Below are positions 51,377 through 61,702 of a stretch of DNA of 64,000 bases, piece by piece (position 1 is the stretch's first letter; each line of letters begins with the position of its first letter). Below the pieces are notes generated by a model. It was not told where the DNA came from. It made no database searches and saw only the letters and a program-made list of their open reading frames with translations. The translations under genes were made by a program, and so were the position numbers. This DNA comes from a bacterium (GTDB lineage: Bacteria; Zhuqueibacterota; Zhuqueibacteria; Oceanimicrobiales; Oceanimicrobiaceae). The DNA is taken from assembly GCA_037446635.1 (NCBI GenBank), contig JBBIIG010000006.1:10625-74624 (forward strand), in the 5' to 3' direction.

Positions 51377-51425
51377 TAAAAATAATTTGGCAAATTTTCT
51401 TGATCATGTTTAAGGAGGCAGAATT

Positions 51426-54400
51426 ATGAGGAAATACTCAATACGTCTTCTCCTGCTTTTTGCCGCGCTGGTTTTTGCTTTTCACCAGGCTGCGGCGAAA
51501 GAAGATGGAGACTCGGGTCCCAAGCTGCGGTTGGCCAAGACCCTCCAGGGGGTTAACCGCACCTTGGTGAACATTGGTAATGTGGCCATGTGGATTTATG
51601 CCGATGGCACCTCCGCCAATGAGCCGGATGGCGACTCCGGGCTTTATTTCCCCCGCGGCCGCTTGTCCGCGACCGCGGCCATCTTCCAGGATGGATTTAT
51701 CTGGGGAGGCCAGGTCAATGACGGCGTCACCCCGCGCATCCGGGTGGGTGGTCAAACTTATAGTATCGGCACCGTGCCGGGTAAGATTCTTTCCCCCGGT
51801 GTGGCGGAGCCGAAGAGTGATCCCAACATCAACCGCATCTGGCGGGTGCGGCGGGATTATCCCACTGCTGATTTGGCTTTAGACGCCGCCGAGGTGAACG
51901 AACTTTTAGCCGCGGACGTGACGGATGCGCAAATTGCAGCGGTGCGCGCACAGTATAAACAAGACTGGATCGACTGGCCGGCAGACCGCGGCGCGCCGTT
52001 TTATGATGTCGATGGCGACGGCCAATACAACCCCGGCTTCAGGATTAACGCCCAAGGGATTGAAGTTCCAAAATTGCGTCCCAATCCTGGCGAGGCATTC
52101 GATCCCAATCTTCACGCCGACGAACCGGGCTATGCCAACGGCGATCAAGTAGTTTGGTTTGTGGCCAATGATCTCGATGTTGGCGCGGTAACCACTCTCT
52201 ACGGCTCCCCCTCCATCGGTTTTGAGATGCAGGCAACCCTGTGGGCATACCGGCGCGCGGACGCCCTCGGCAATATCATCTTTAAGCAATTCCGTATCAT
52301 TTACAAGGGCACGGCTACCACGCCTGCCAACGCCACCATCGACAGCCTCTATTTCTGCCAGTGGTCGGACCCGGATCTGGGAGATTTTGGCGATGACTTT
52401 GTAGGTACGGATACCACGTTGAGCTTGGGATATGCTTATAATGCCAGCTCGAGCGATCGCAACTACGCAGCGGTAGGCTTACCGCCGCCGGCTTCCGGTT
52501 ACGACTTCTTCGCCGGCCCACTGGTGCCCGATCCCGACGGGGTGGCGATTTTTGGTTTGCAGCCGCGTCCGGGATTCCGCAACTTACCCATGAGCTCGTT
52601 TGCTTTCTTTGCCGCCGGGCAACGAGATACGGACCCCACGCGGGGTGGCGATTATAACGGCACCCTGCAGTGGTGGAACCTCTTGCGTGGCTTCCGGCCG
52701 CGGCCGGAAAACCCGCCGGAACCCTGGCGAGAGTTCGATGATCCGAATGGTAGACGTGTTTTCTTCCGTGTACCCGGTAATCCGGTTACCGGTGAAGGCT
52801 GGATCGATTCCAACCCAGGCGACCGCCGTCTGCTTTTGGTGACAGGACCCTTTACCATGGCCGTGGGCGACACCCAGGAAACCGTAGTGGCGGTGATGGC
52901 GGCTCTTGGTTCGGATAGGCTTTCCAGCATAACCGTGTTAAAATTCGTGGACCGCTTTGCCCAGGAAGCTTTCGATAATTTATTTGAAGTCCCTTCGCCG
53001 CCGGAGACGCCGGTGGTGAGCGCCACGGAATTTAACGGCCAGATTTTGCTCAATTGGGGTGAAAATCCCTCAGCGGTGGCGGCAACCGAGCAAACCGATC
53101 GCGGCGGCTTCCTCTTTGAAGGATACAATGTGTATCAGTTGCCGACCGCCGGCGCGACCGTCGATCAGGGCATCCGCATTGCCACCTTTGACGTGGTCAA
53201 TGAGGTTACGGTCATCACCCAGGAAACCTTTGACCAGACTTCGGGATTGATTCTCGAGTTGCCGGTACGATTTGGCACCAACTCTGGCATCAGCCGCACC
53301 ATCACCATTGACACCGACCGCATCCGCGGCTTGAATCTGATCAATGGCCAAACCTATTTCTTTGGGGTAACGGCCTACAGCTTCAATCCCGCCCCGGGCC
53401 TCGCTACCAGAACCTTGGAAAGCCCGCCGGCGCGGGTGACGGTGGTGCCGCAAACCACTAAACCGGGTGAGCGTTTTGCCACCCAGATCGGCGAGGTGTT
53501 ACCGGTTGTTCATGTGCAGGGCGGCAGCGACGGCACGGTTACGCCGCTGGTCGTGGATCCAAGCAAGGGCAAGAATAACGGCTACCGGGTTACGTTCCGG
53601 GATGTTCCGGATTTGAGTGATCCGGAGCACCCGGCAACCAAAACCGTTTGGGATCTCACCAACACCACTACCGGACAACTGATCTTAGAAGGCCAGGAAA
53701 ACCAGAGCGGCGACACGGACTATCTCATCATCGATGGTTTGCAGATCATTGTTGCTGGCCCGCCCCCGGGCGTGAAACCAGACGATGTGTTTACTACCGA
53801 TGACCGTTCTCGCTGGGGCTGGGATATTCCTTCGGGTGTGCGCCGGTTTACCTTTGCGGGTGGCGCCGACGGCTTCGGATTCGAAGGTTTTCAACACGCC
53901 ATCGGCTGGTCGAACGTAGCGCGGTTTTTTGGAACGATTCAAGCGGATACCCCGAGCCCCGTTCCGGCTACCGAGCTAAAGCCAGTTCTGCTGATATTGG
54001 CGACGGTTACTGAGGATGGCGTTTTTGATCCCAACGATCCGAACGTTTCCTTCGGCTACCGCTATTTGCGGCTGGCTGCGGCTCCACCGGCTCTGCCAGA
54101 GTTCGCTCCGCATATCATCAATCCGGGACCGGGCTATGCCTTCCAAGATTTTGCGCGGACCATTCCTTTAGCCGCTTTCGATACCAGCGTGGATCCGCCG
54201 CGCCGTCTCGTTCTCGGTTATTTGGAAAACAACGTTGCGGGCGGTTTGGTGGACGGCAAGTACTGGCCGCCGGATTTTAACCTGTTTAATAATACCGCAG
54301 CGACCGGTCCGCGCGAGTGGCTGTTTATCTTTGACGAAACCTACAGCGAGACCATCGATCCGGCGATAGCGGTTGATATTCTTAACACAGACCTGCGTGT

Positions 54401-54887
54401 CATGTATTTCTGTACCTTCGCGCGCCGTGGCAATGTGCCGTTCTCCCCGGGCGGCACCGGCGAGGATCAATTCGCGATCTTCCCGAACATACCAAACAGT
54501 CCGGCAGACATCTTCGAGTTCGCCGGCAAGGCGCCGACCCAGAACAACGATCTGGCCAGACAGGACATCCTTGAGTTGGTCAACGTGTTCCCGAATCCCT
54601 ATTATGGATTCAACAGCCGTGAGCTGAACCGCTTCAATCGTTTTGTCAGATTCAGCCATCTGCCGCAGCGAGCGAATATTCGCATCTTCAACCTCGCCGG
54701 CGCGCTGATTCGAACGATCGCGAAAGACGACGCCTCTCAGTTCACCAACTGGGATCTGCAAAACGAGGAGGGCCTGCCGGTTGCCAGCGGCATTTATATC
54801 GCACATATCGAGTTCCCGGATCTCAATATCACCAAGAACTTGAAACTGGCGATCATACAGGAACAGCAATTCCTCCGAAACTTCTAA
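51426..54887 (+). CDS. Large exported protein with FN3-like segment and T9SS type-A-like C-terminal sorting domain
   Basis: Signal peptide; DVDGDG Ca-binding-like motif; FEGYNVYQ...NGQTYFFGVTAY; C-terminal VFPNPY...IRIFNLAGALIR...WDL..GLPVASGIYI...KLAII. Confidence 0.85.
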   Translation: MRKYSIRLLLLFAALVFAFHQAAAKEDGDSGPKLRLAKTLQGVNRTLVNIGNVAMWIYADGTSANEPDGDSGLYFPRGRLSATAAIFQDGFIWGGQVNDGVTPRIRVGGQTYSIGTVPGKILSPGVAEPKSDPNINRIWRVRRDYPTADLALDAAEVNELLAADVTDAQIAAVRAQYKQDWIDWPADRGAPFYDVDGDGQYNPGFRINAQGIEVPKLRPNPGEAFDPNLHADEPGYANGDQVVWFVANDLDVGAVTTLYGSPSIGFEMQATLWAYRRADALGNIIFKQFRIIYKGTATTPANATIDSLYFCQWSDPDLGDFGDDFVGTDTTLSLGYAYNASSSDRNYAAVGLPPPASGYDFFAGPLVPDPDGVAIFGLQPRPGFRNLPMSSFAFFAAGQRDTDPTRGGDYNGTLQWWNLLRGFRPRPENPPEPWREFDDPNGRRVFFRVPGNPVTGEGWIDSNPGDRRLLLVTGPFTMAVGDTQETVVAVMAALGSDRLSSITVLKFVDRFAQEAFDNLFEVPSPPETPVVSATEFNGQILLNWGENPSAVAATEQTDRGGFLFEGYNVYQLPTAGATVDQGIRIATFDVVNEVTVITQETFDQTSGLILELPVRFGTNSGISRTITIDTDRIRGLNLINGQTYFFGVTAYSFNPAPGLATRTLESPPARVTVVPQTTKPGERFATQIGEVLPVVHVQGGSDGTVTPLVVDPSKGKNNGYRVTFRDVPDLSDPEHPATKTVWDLTNTTTGQLILEGQENQSGDTDYLIIDGLQIIVAGPPPGVKPDDVFTTDDRSRWGWDIPSGVRRFTFAGGADGFGFEGFQHAIGWSNVARFFGTIQADTPSPVPATELKPVLLILATVTEDGVFDPNDPNVSFGYRYLRLAAAPPALPEFAPHIINPGPGYAFQDFARTIPLAAFDTSVDPPRRLVLGYLENNVAGGLVDGKYWPPDFNLFNNTAATGPREWLFIFDETYSETIDPAIAVDILNTDLRVMYFCTFARRGNVPFSPGGTGEDQFAIFPNIPNSPADIFEFAGKAPTQNNDLARQDILELVNVFPNPYYGFNSRELNRFNRFVRFSHLPQRANIRIFNLAGALIRTIAKDDASQFTNWDLQNEEGLPVASGIYIAHIEFPDLNITKNLKLAIIQEQQFLRNF

Positions 54888-54903
54888 CAATGATGATGAA
54901 ACG

Positions 54904-54931
54904 CAGCGGCCCGTTTATAAATGGGCCGCTG
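54904..54931. other. Intra-operon stem-loop without U tract
   Basis: CAGCGGCCCGTTTATAAATGGGCCGCTG near-perfect palindrome. Confidence 0.7.
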
Positions 54932-54960
54932 TATGAATTCATTAAAATAGGAGAAGCAAG

Positions 54961-56013
54961 ATGAAGCGGATTATATTTAAAATAGTGGTTGCCTGTGTGG
55001 TTCTGCTGGTTTTGACCAGTCTCGACGGCATCGCACAGGAAAGGCGAGTCGGCACCAATGCCGCCTCCGAGTTACTTATTCCGGTAGGCGCCCGCCATAT
55101 TGCCATGAGCGGCGCGGCCATCGCCACGGCGCAGGGCATCGAGGCGATCTACTGGAATCCGGCGGGTCTGGCGAGATCCGAGAAATATACCGCCAGCGCC
55201 ATGTTTTCCCACATGAACTACATTGCCGACGTGAATCTCAATTACGTGGCGGTGAGCTCGAGGTTTGGCGGATTCGGCACGCTGGGATTCAGCATTAAGG
55301 CTCTGGATATTGGCGACATCCCCATCACCACCGAAATTCTTCCGGACGGCACCGGCGGTACCTTTAACCCGCAGTTCATTACCGCAGGGTTGACCTACGC
55401 CCGCATGTTGTCGGATCGCATCTCGGTGGGCGCGACCATCAACATCGTCAATGAGGATATCGATCGCGTGAGCGCCCGCGGCGTGGCGTTTGATTTCGGC
55501 GTGCAATACAGCAATCTCGCCAGCATCAACGGGCTGAATATCGCGGTCTCGGTGAAGAACATCGGCCCCAGTATGAAGTTCTCCGGCTCCGGATTGCTGC
55601 GCGAAGGGGATATCACCGGCGAAGATCGGACACCGGGTCCAGTTCAGATCGTTGCCCAAAGTGATGAGTTGCCCTCTGTTCTCGAGCTCGGCGCTTCGTA
55701 TTCCGTTTCCCTCGGTGAAAACACCAAGTTGGATTTGACCTCGCTATTTCAGGACAACAACTTCACCGATGACGTCGGTCGATTTGGCGCTGAATTCAAT
55801 TACAACGACCTGTTTTTCGTGCGCGGAGGTTATAGCTTTGCCCCGGACGTCGCGGACGATGCTCTCGGAGAAAGCGGTTACATTTTTGGGCCGACGTTTG
55901 GCGCTGGCCTGCACTACGATTTTCCGAAGATCGGCATTACGTTTGACTATGCCTTCCGCGACACCGATTTCTTTAGCGCGAATCACGTCTTCCAGGTCAT
56001 CCTCGGATTCTAA
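54961..56013 (+). CDS. PorV/PorQ-family outer membrane beta-barrel
   Basis: Signal peptide; LLIPVGARHIAM, AIYWNPAGLA, AFDFGVQY, VKNIGP, C-terminal ILGF. Confidence 0.88.
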   Translation: MKRIIFKIVVACVVLLVLTSLDGIAQERRVGTNAASELLIPVGARHIAMSGAAIATAQGIEAIYWNPAGLARSEKYTASAMFSHMNYIADVNLNYVAVSSRFGGFGTLGFSIKALDIGDIPITTEILPDGTGGTFNPQFITAGLTYARMLSDRISVGATINIVNEDIDRVSARGVAFDFGVQYSNLASINGLNIAVSVKNIGPSMKFSGSGLLREGDITGEDRTPGPVQIVAQSDELPSVLELGASYSVSLGENTKLDLTSLFQDNNFTDDVGRFGAEFNYNDLFFVRGGYSFAPDVADDALGESGYIFGPTFGAGLHYDFPKIGITFDYAFRDTDFFSANHVFQVILGF

Positions 56014-56045
56014 GTCGATAGCGCCAATTTCATTTTGTTGAAACT

Positions 56046-56080
56046 AAAAAGGATTGGGTAACCGTACCCAATCCTTTTTT
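56046..56080 (+). terminator. Rho-independent terminator (possibly bidirectional)
   Basis: AAAAA-GGATTGGGTA-accg-TACCCAATCC-TTTTTT. Confidence 0.9.
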
Positions 56081-56148
56081 AATTTTCAGTTGTCTTCGTC
56101 CAAAAAAAGTTTATATTTGCGGATGGAACCAACCCAGGGTGTAGCGCC

Positions 56149-57558
56149 ATGAAGACTTTGTTATCTTTCTTTCTGACCATGTCGATCTCCACTGTTTTTG
56201 CCGGCGGCATACCGGTGAACCTCGATGTTGCGCAATTTCAGGATCCCAACCAGCGATCCTATTTGGAAATCTACTACTCCATTCCCCAGGGAGTAGTGGC
56301 TTATCAGGCCGGCGAAGACGGCGGGTTTACATGTCAGGTGGTGATGGATTTGCAAATTTACCAGGGTGAAAAGCTCTGGTCGTCAAAGCTCTGGAAGATT
56401 GAAAAATTATTTGCCGACACTTCGGAAATGGATCCTAACGCCCATTTTGTGGATGTTTTCCGCTACATGATTGATAAGCCGGTTTCGTATCGCATTGCCA
56501 TTCGCGCCAAGGATTTGAATAAGCCGGAGACGATGGATAGCGTCAGCACCGTATTTGATTGCGTGATGTTTTCGCCCGAGAAATTAGAAATCAGCGATAT
56601 CGAATTAGCGTCACAAATTTCCAGAGCGGCGCCGGAGGCAAACAACATTTTTTTGAAAAGCGTTTACGAGGTCATTCCTAACCCAAGTGGTTTATACGGT
56701 GAAGGCGCGTCTGAGCTGTTTTACTATTTTGAAGCCTATAATTTGCAAACCCTCTCCGGCAAGACCTACAAAACTCAGACGTTCGTCAAGGATATGGAAG
56801 GCCGCGTGGTTCCGACCGTTGCTGGGGCGACTCGTACAAAGAAAAAGTTGCACAACACCAGTGTTGAGATGGGAAAGCTCGATGTTGCAAATGTGCCCAC
56901 AGGAAAGTATGTGCTGGTTTACGGCATTTTGGATTCCGCCGAACAAGTGGTCAAAATGAAGGAAAAACCGTTTTTTGTTTTTAACCCTTCCGTATCGCGG
57001 CAGGTGCTGGCCAGTTCCGAAACGGTTTCTGATGATGATTTGGGCCCGCTGCAGAGCCTCAGTGAAAAGGAGCTGGATCGTGAATTTGAACAGATGCAAT
57101 ACATCACGAACGACGAGGATCGGAAATTCTACAAAAATTTGAGCACGCCGCAGGCGAAACGGAAGTTTATCTACTCCATTTGGCAAAACCCGCGGATACC
57201 CTATCCGGCTTCAACCGGCTTCCCTTATCGTGATAATTATTTTTTGCGGGTTAAAAATGCGGACGCCAATTTTTCGTCGGTTTTCCGGCCCGGGTGGAAG
57301 AGCGATCGCGGCCGAGTGTTTATTCTCTACGGCCCGCCCACCAACGTTGAGCGATTTCCCAGCTCTCAAACCACCTTGCCCTACGAAATCTGGACGTACG
57401 ATTACCTGCAAGGCCAGGCGGCGGTTACCTTCGTCTTTTCAGACTTCACCGGTTTTAATAAGTATGAACTTTTACATTCGACGCTGCGTGGTGAGCTGCA
57501 GCAGCCCGACTGGCAGCGGCTGATATCGCGCGGCGCCGGAGAATTTAGAACCAACTAA
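56149..57558 (+). CDS. GWxTD-domain exported protein
   Basis: Signal peptide; ISDIELA, PNPS, RVKNADANF..PGWKSDRGRVFILYGPP, YEIWTY. Confidence 0.88.
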   Translation: MKTLLSFFLTMSISTVFAGGIPVNLDVAQFQDPNQRSYLEIYYSIPQGVVAYQAGEDGGFTCQVVMDLQIYQGEKLWSSKLWKIEKLFADTSEMDPNAHFVDVFRYMIDKPVSYRIAIRAKDLNKPETMDSVSTVFDCVMFSPEKLEISDIELASQISRAAPEANNIFLKSVYEVIPNPSGLYGEGASELFYYFEAYNLQTLSGKTYKTQTFVKDMEGRVVPTVAGATRTKKKLHNTSVEMGKLDVANVPTGKYVLVYGILDSAEQVVKMKEKPFFVFNPSVSRQVLASSETVSDDDLGPLQSLSEKELDREFEQMQYITNDEDRKFYKNLSTPQAKRKFIYSIWQNPRIPYPASTGFPYRDNYFLRVKNADANFSSVFRPGWKSDRGRVFILYGPPTNVERFPSSQTTLPYEIWTYDYLQGQAAVTFVFSDFTGFNKYELLHSTLRGELQQPDWQRLISRGAGEFRTN

Positions 57559-57575
57559 GAAAGGTGGATTCGCGA

Positions 57576-58331
57576 ATGAATAGTCGGCTGTTTTTTTTGA
57601 CACTTTTGATTTTGGCAGCAGCGTCTTGTAAAAAGGATGAGAAACCTCACTTAAGCGTTGTGCCTTTAGTGGAGGGAGCAGAGCTTAAATTTCGCGGTTT
57701 TGTTACCGATGATAACCAAGACCTCCTGAGTCAGCTTCATTTTTTTAGCCGCAAGTTTGCTGGCCGCGACACCGTGGGCCAGCGTCCGGTTTATGTTTAT
57801 GAAAGCAACGACACCCCCGTCTTTTTCTATATTGATGAGCAGGGCACGGTCAGGCAATTCAATACGGAAGATGTAGCGCGGCGAATCGTCACCTATGGTT
57901 TTGCTTACCAACAGCCCGTGATTGTTTCGTATTGGCAAATCCTTTTGAAAGTCGATCAAGGGGTGGGTACCCAGTGGAGTTTTGCAGTCGATACGACCTT
58001 CAGCGCGATCAATTCTGACGGCAAGAGCAACGCCATCCGCTACAGTCATTCCGGTGAAGCGCGTTATGAAGGCTTGAAGGAGGCGTTTATCCCGCAAGAC
58101 CAAAAGTATGTTCCCGCTCATGATGCCTACTGGCACACCCTCAACACGTTCATCATTAACGAAACGACCGGCGATACGCTTTTTGCAAGCCGGGGAACCG
58201 CGCACCAATATTTTCACGAGAAGTGGGGCTCCATCAAATATATCACGGATTTCATCAAAACTGAGATGGGCCAAGAGCCGGTTTCCCTGCACGGCACCTG
58301 GGAGTTAGTTGACAGGACGATTCCGGAATAA
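57576..58331 (+). CDS. Hypothetical lipoprotein
   Basis: Lipobox AASC followed by KKD; beta-rich; start GTG 57564 or ATG 57576. Confidence 0.75.
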   Translation: MNSRLFFLTLLILAAASCKKDEKPHLSVVPLVEGAELKFRGFVTDDNQDLLSQLHFFSRKFAGRDTVGQRPVYVYESNDTPVFFYIDEQGTVRQFNTEDVARRIVTYGFAYQQPVIVSYWQILLKVDQGVGTQWSFAVDTTFSAINSDGKSNAIRYSHSGEARYEGLKEAFIPQDQKYVPAHDAYWHTLNTFIINETTGDTLFASRGTAHQYFHEKWGSIKYITDFIKTEMGQEPVSLHGTWELVDRTIPE

Positions 58332-58415
58332 AGTCGCCGCTGGATTGTAGATTAAAACAAATCCCTTCTCTCAAATTTTTCGGTATATCGGTTTCTTACT
58401 TTTTATTGAAAGGGA

Positions 58416-60803
58416 GTGGCCATGTTGGTTCTGCAAAAAGGCTGTTGCTTTCTGGGCTTGCTCGTCTCTCTTTCCTCGACGGTTTCTTTTTCACAAGAAG
58501 TTATTATCTCTGGCAAAGTTAGAGATAGCAACACCTACCGGGAAATTCCGGCGGTCAATATCTTTGTCAAGGGTACCGTAGTTGGAACCACGAGCGATAT
58601 TTCTGGCCGTTATAGTTTACGCATACCAGAAACTCTTTTAAAGCCTCCACCGAAGTGGGATGTGTTTTCCGGCCGCTATGGTGTATGGGTCTCGGAATCA
58701 AGCAGTCGCTTAACCGTTATTTTTCGGCACGTTTCCTACGAACAACGCGAGCTATCAGTCGATTCGCTAAAAAATATTTTCATGGTGGATTTGCAGCCGC
58801 GGGTGATCCCGCTCGACCGAGTGGAAATCGAGGAATCGGCGGTGCAACCGCTGAAAATCGAAAAGGATTTACCCCAAACTATCTCGGTTATCGAGGCAAA
58901 GAATTTCGAGATTCGCGGCTATGTGGATGCCGGCGACCTGCTGCGCACCGATCACAGCGTTCAGGTTGACGAGCAGTTGAGCGGGAAAAAAACCGCCACC
59001 CTGCGCGGCGGCAACGCCGACGATATTTTGGTGTTGTACAATGGCGTCAAATTAAATAATACCTTCGATAACATTTTCGATCTCTCGTTAATCGACCTGG
59101 AGGATATCCAACGTTTTGAGGTTATTAAAGGAAGCAACACCGCGCTCTACGGGCCGGAAGCCTTCTCCGGCGTCATTAATGTCGTTCCTAAAGTTCAGCA
59201 AAATTACACCATTCGCTTTCAGCAGCGGCTGGGGACGTACCGCTCCGGCAATTGGGGGCTGCATTTGTATAAGAAGCTGGGGAGGCTTATCAGCTCCTAT
59301 AGTCTTAAACGCGGCGGATCAAAGCGAAAATTTTTGATGTCTCCGGAAGATGCGCCAGCAACGGGGGTAAACGTTGACAACCGTTCTTTGCACCACACCG
59401 CTAATTTGAACTACCTTCTGTCAAAGGATGAAAATGGCAACCCCACCAGCTCATTGGAAGGAATGTGGATCTACACCGACCTTGATTACAAAAACCAGTT
59501 CGACTCCGACACGCTCGCCAATTTCAATCATCTGTTGTCGTTAAAATTTACGGGAAATTTATTTGCCATCCAAAACGTCGAGTTGTTCGTGGCTTACAAG
59601 CAGCTGTCTGAAGATCGAAAATTGCTTGAGCCGAATGATGCGCAGCCGCCGTCGGCATGGCCGACGGTGAATCGCGATATTGATGACCGCTCGTTATCGC
59701 TGAATGCGCAAAAGGAATTTAAATTTACCAGCCTGGATTTGCTCTTTGCTTATCAATTCGAGCACGGCGAGCTCGATTACCTTAACCTCCGGCAAAATAT
59801 TCCCGACGAGCTAAACGAAGGATTGCAAAGCGCGGATCTGCAAAGACAACACCACGGAGTCGCATCTATTTTAAAATATCATGGCGAAACCGGCTCGGAG
59901 TTTCTCAATACGATTGATTTGGATGTGAGTCTCCGCCACGACCGGGTGCAAGACGAGCAGAGCAACGCGGTTTTACGCAGCGGTTCCGCCGACGAAAGCG
60001 GGCTTTTTGGTAATAACAACTGGAACGAAACCATGTTCAAAACCGCCATCGCGATTAACGGCTACCGGAATGATATGCTTTTCAACGGTTACCTCACTTT
60101 TGGCAGGAATACAAAATTCCCGACACTCTTTCAGCAGATCAACTCGCCCCTTTCGACTACCTCTGCCGCCACGCAGCCCAACCTCAGCCCGGAAAAAAAC
60201 GGCAGCTTTGAGATCGGCGTTTCTGTGACGCGAGACGTGAGCGGCACAACCAGCATTTACGGCTGGCAGATTGCCGGCAGCTATTTTCAAAATCACTACA
60301 ATAACAAATTCCGCATGTTTACGATCCCAGGGCGGCCGGATGCGTTTTATGACAACGTTAAAACCGCCCGCATTTCGGGATTTGAAGCCAAGTCCAGCAT
60401 CTTCCTTTTCCGCAAAAAGCTCACGGTGGATTTTGGCGTCTCCAAGTACTTCCTTTCTGAAAAAGCCGCGTTTCCATTTAAATCCGACTTCAAGCGCGTC
60501 ATGAATCTCAACATCGATCATTCCGGGTACTCGTTCCAGGTGCACTGGTTTAAAGAAAGCGAACAAGTCGCCTGGCTGCGGCGCAGCGGCAGCGATCCTA
60601 ATTTGATTAGCGATGCCTTTGCCGAAAGCACGTTACCCGCCACAACCAACGTGGACGTTCATCTCGGCAAAACTTTTGCGATTGGCAAGTTCAAATTGTT
60701 TCTCAACGCCAGCGGCCGCAATTTGTTGAACGATGACGTGGTTTTAGAGGGGTTGGCCATTCGCGATCGGCGCTTCTATTTAACCATGGGCGCCCAATAT
60801 TAA
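58416..60803 (+). CDS. TonB-dependent receptor
   Basis: ISGKVRD, plug LRGG..LVLYNGV..EVIKGSNTALYG..GVINV, LSPEK, NLLN, C-terminal RFYLTMGAQY. Confidence 0.88.
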   Translation: MAMLVLQKGCCFLGLLVSLSSTVSFSQEVIISGKVRDSNTYREIPAVNIFVKGTVVGTTSDISGRYSLRIPETLLKPPPKWDVFSGRYGVWVSESSSRLTVIFRHVSYEQRELSVDSLKNIFMVDLQPRVIPLDRVEIEESAVQPLKIEKDLPQTISVIEAKNFEIRGYVDAGDLLRTDHSVQVDEQLSGKKTATLRGGNADDILVLYNGVKLNNTFDNIFDLSLIDLEDIQRFEVIKGSNTALYGPEAFSGVINVVPKVQQNYTIRFQQRLGTYRSGNWGLHLYKKLGRLISSYSLKRGGSKRKFLMSPEDAPATGVNVDNRSLHHTANLNYLLSKDENGNPTSSLEGMWIYTDLDYKNQFDSDTLANFNHLLSLKFTGNLFAIQNVELFVAYKQLSEDRKLLEPNDAQPPSAWPTVNRDIDDRSLSLNAQKEFKFTSLDLLFAYQFEHGELDYLNLRQNIPDELNEGLQSADLQRQHHGVASILKYHGETGSEFLNTIDLDVSLRHDRVQDEQSNAVLRSGSADESGLFGNNNWNETMFKTAIAINGYRNDMLFNGYLTFGRNTKFPTLFQQINSPLSTTSAATQPNLSPEKNGSFEIGVSVTRDVSGTTSIYGWQIAGSYFQNHYNNKFRMFTIPGRPDAFYDNVKTARISGFEAKSSIFLFRKKLTVDFGVSKYFLSEKAAFPFKSDFKRVMNLNIDHSGYSFQVHWFKESEQVAWLRRSGSDPNLISDAFAESTLPATTNVDVHLGKTFAIGKFKLFLNASGRNLLNDDVVLEGLAIRDRRFYLTMGAQY

Positions 60804-60832
60804 ACATCAACTACAAACTGAGCATTGTGAAA

Positions 60833-61687
60833 ATGTTTACTGAAATCTTCCGACGCCTCGGCGCGGCTGTCGTTGTCGTGGTTCTAATGAGCAACCTAAG
60901 TTGCATCAGCAACCCGTTCGGCGGGGGCGAAATTAGCGGCGGCAACCGCAACATCAGCGGGCGGGTGCAATTAAGCGATAACTTCGACCCGGAGGGGGTG
61001 TACGTTTGGCTGGAAGGCCTTGACGCCGGCGTTCGCACCGACGACGATGGCAACTTTCAATTGACACTGCCCTCGCCCGCCAGCCAACCCAACGGCGGGC
61101 TGAGTGGAATTTTTGACCTTTTCTTTTATCTTGAAAATTTTAACCTGGTTTCCAAGCAAGTGTCGGTCAACCGCGGCGAATTTGTTTATTCGCAGAGTGA
61201 GATGAATCGTGATGGGAAATTTCATACACCGATTTTTCTGCTGCAATCGTTAAGCATTGAAATTCTCATGACGCCCAACACGATTGAAAGCGACAGCGGC
61301 GGCCGGGTTGCCGCGCGGGTTTTTTTGCGGGCAACCCGCGATTCAGTTCGAGTCTTCTTTCCATTTTCGGCTGGAAACATCTTAGCGCCGTTGTTTTTTC
61401 ATAACCTCGATACCGACGAAATTTTTATTCATGAGTGTGTTTTAGCTGGCATAGAGGTGAGTGAACATCTCACCATCAAAACTGAGCGCTATGAACGCAT
61501 CTTTGTGGACGCTATCGGGCGGCGAGATTTGCCGGTCGGTAAATACGAAGTCATCCCCTATTTATTTTTGGAAGACAAACAGATTCCGCCGGCGCTTTTG
61601 AGAAATTTGGGGTACGATGCGCAGAGCCTCGCCACCTATTTGAAGATCCCTTTTAAACGCCAGGGCGGGCAGTTCCAAGTGAATTAA
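60833..61687 (+). CDS. Hypothetical lipoprotein, paralogue A
   Basis: Lipobox NLSC; ISGRV..EGVYVWLEG..RTD..G.F; start GTG 60827 or ATG 60833. Confidence 0.8.
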   Translation: MFTEIFRRLGAAVVVVVLMSNLSCISNPFGGGEISGGNRNISGRVQLSDNFDPEGVYVWLEGLDAGVRTDDDGNFQLTLPSPASQPNGGLSGIFDLFFYLENFNLVSKQVSVNRGEFVYSQSEMNRDGKFHTPIFLLQSLSIEILMTPNTIESDSGGRVAARVFLRATRDSVRVFFPFSAGNILAPLFFHNLDTDEIFIHECVLAGIEVSEHLTIKTERYERIFVDAIGRRDLPVGKYEVIPYLFLEDKQIPPALLRNLGYDAQSLATYLKIPFKRQGGQFQVN

Positions 61688-61702
61688 CAATTGGGTTCGA
61701 CT

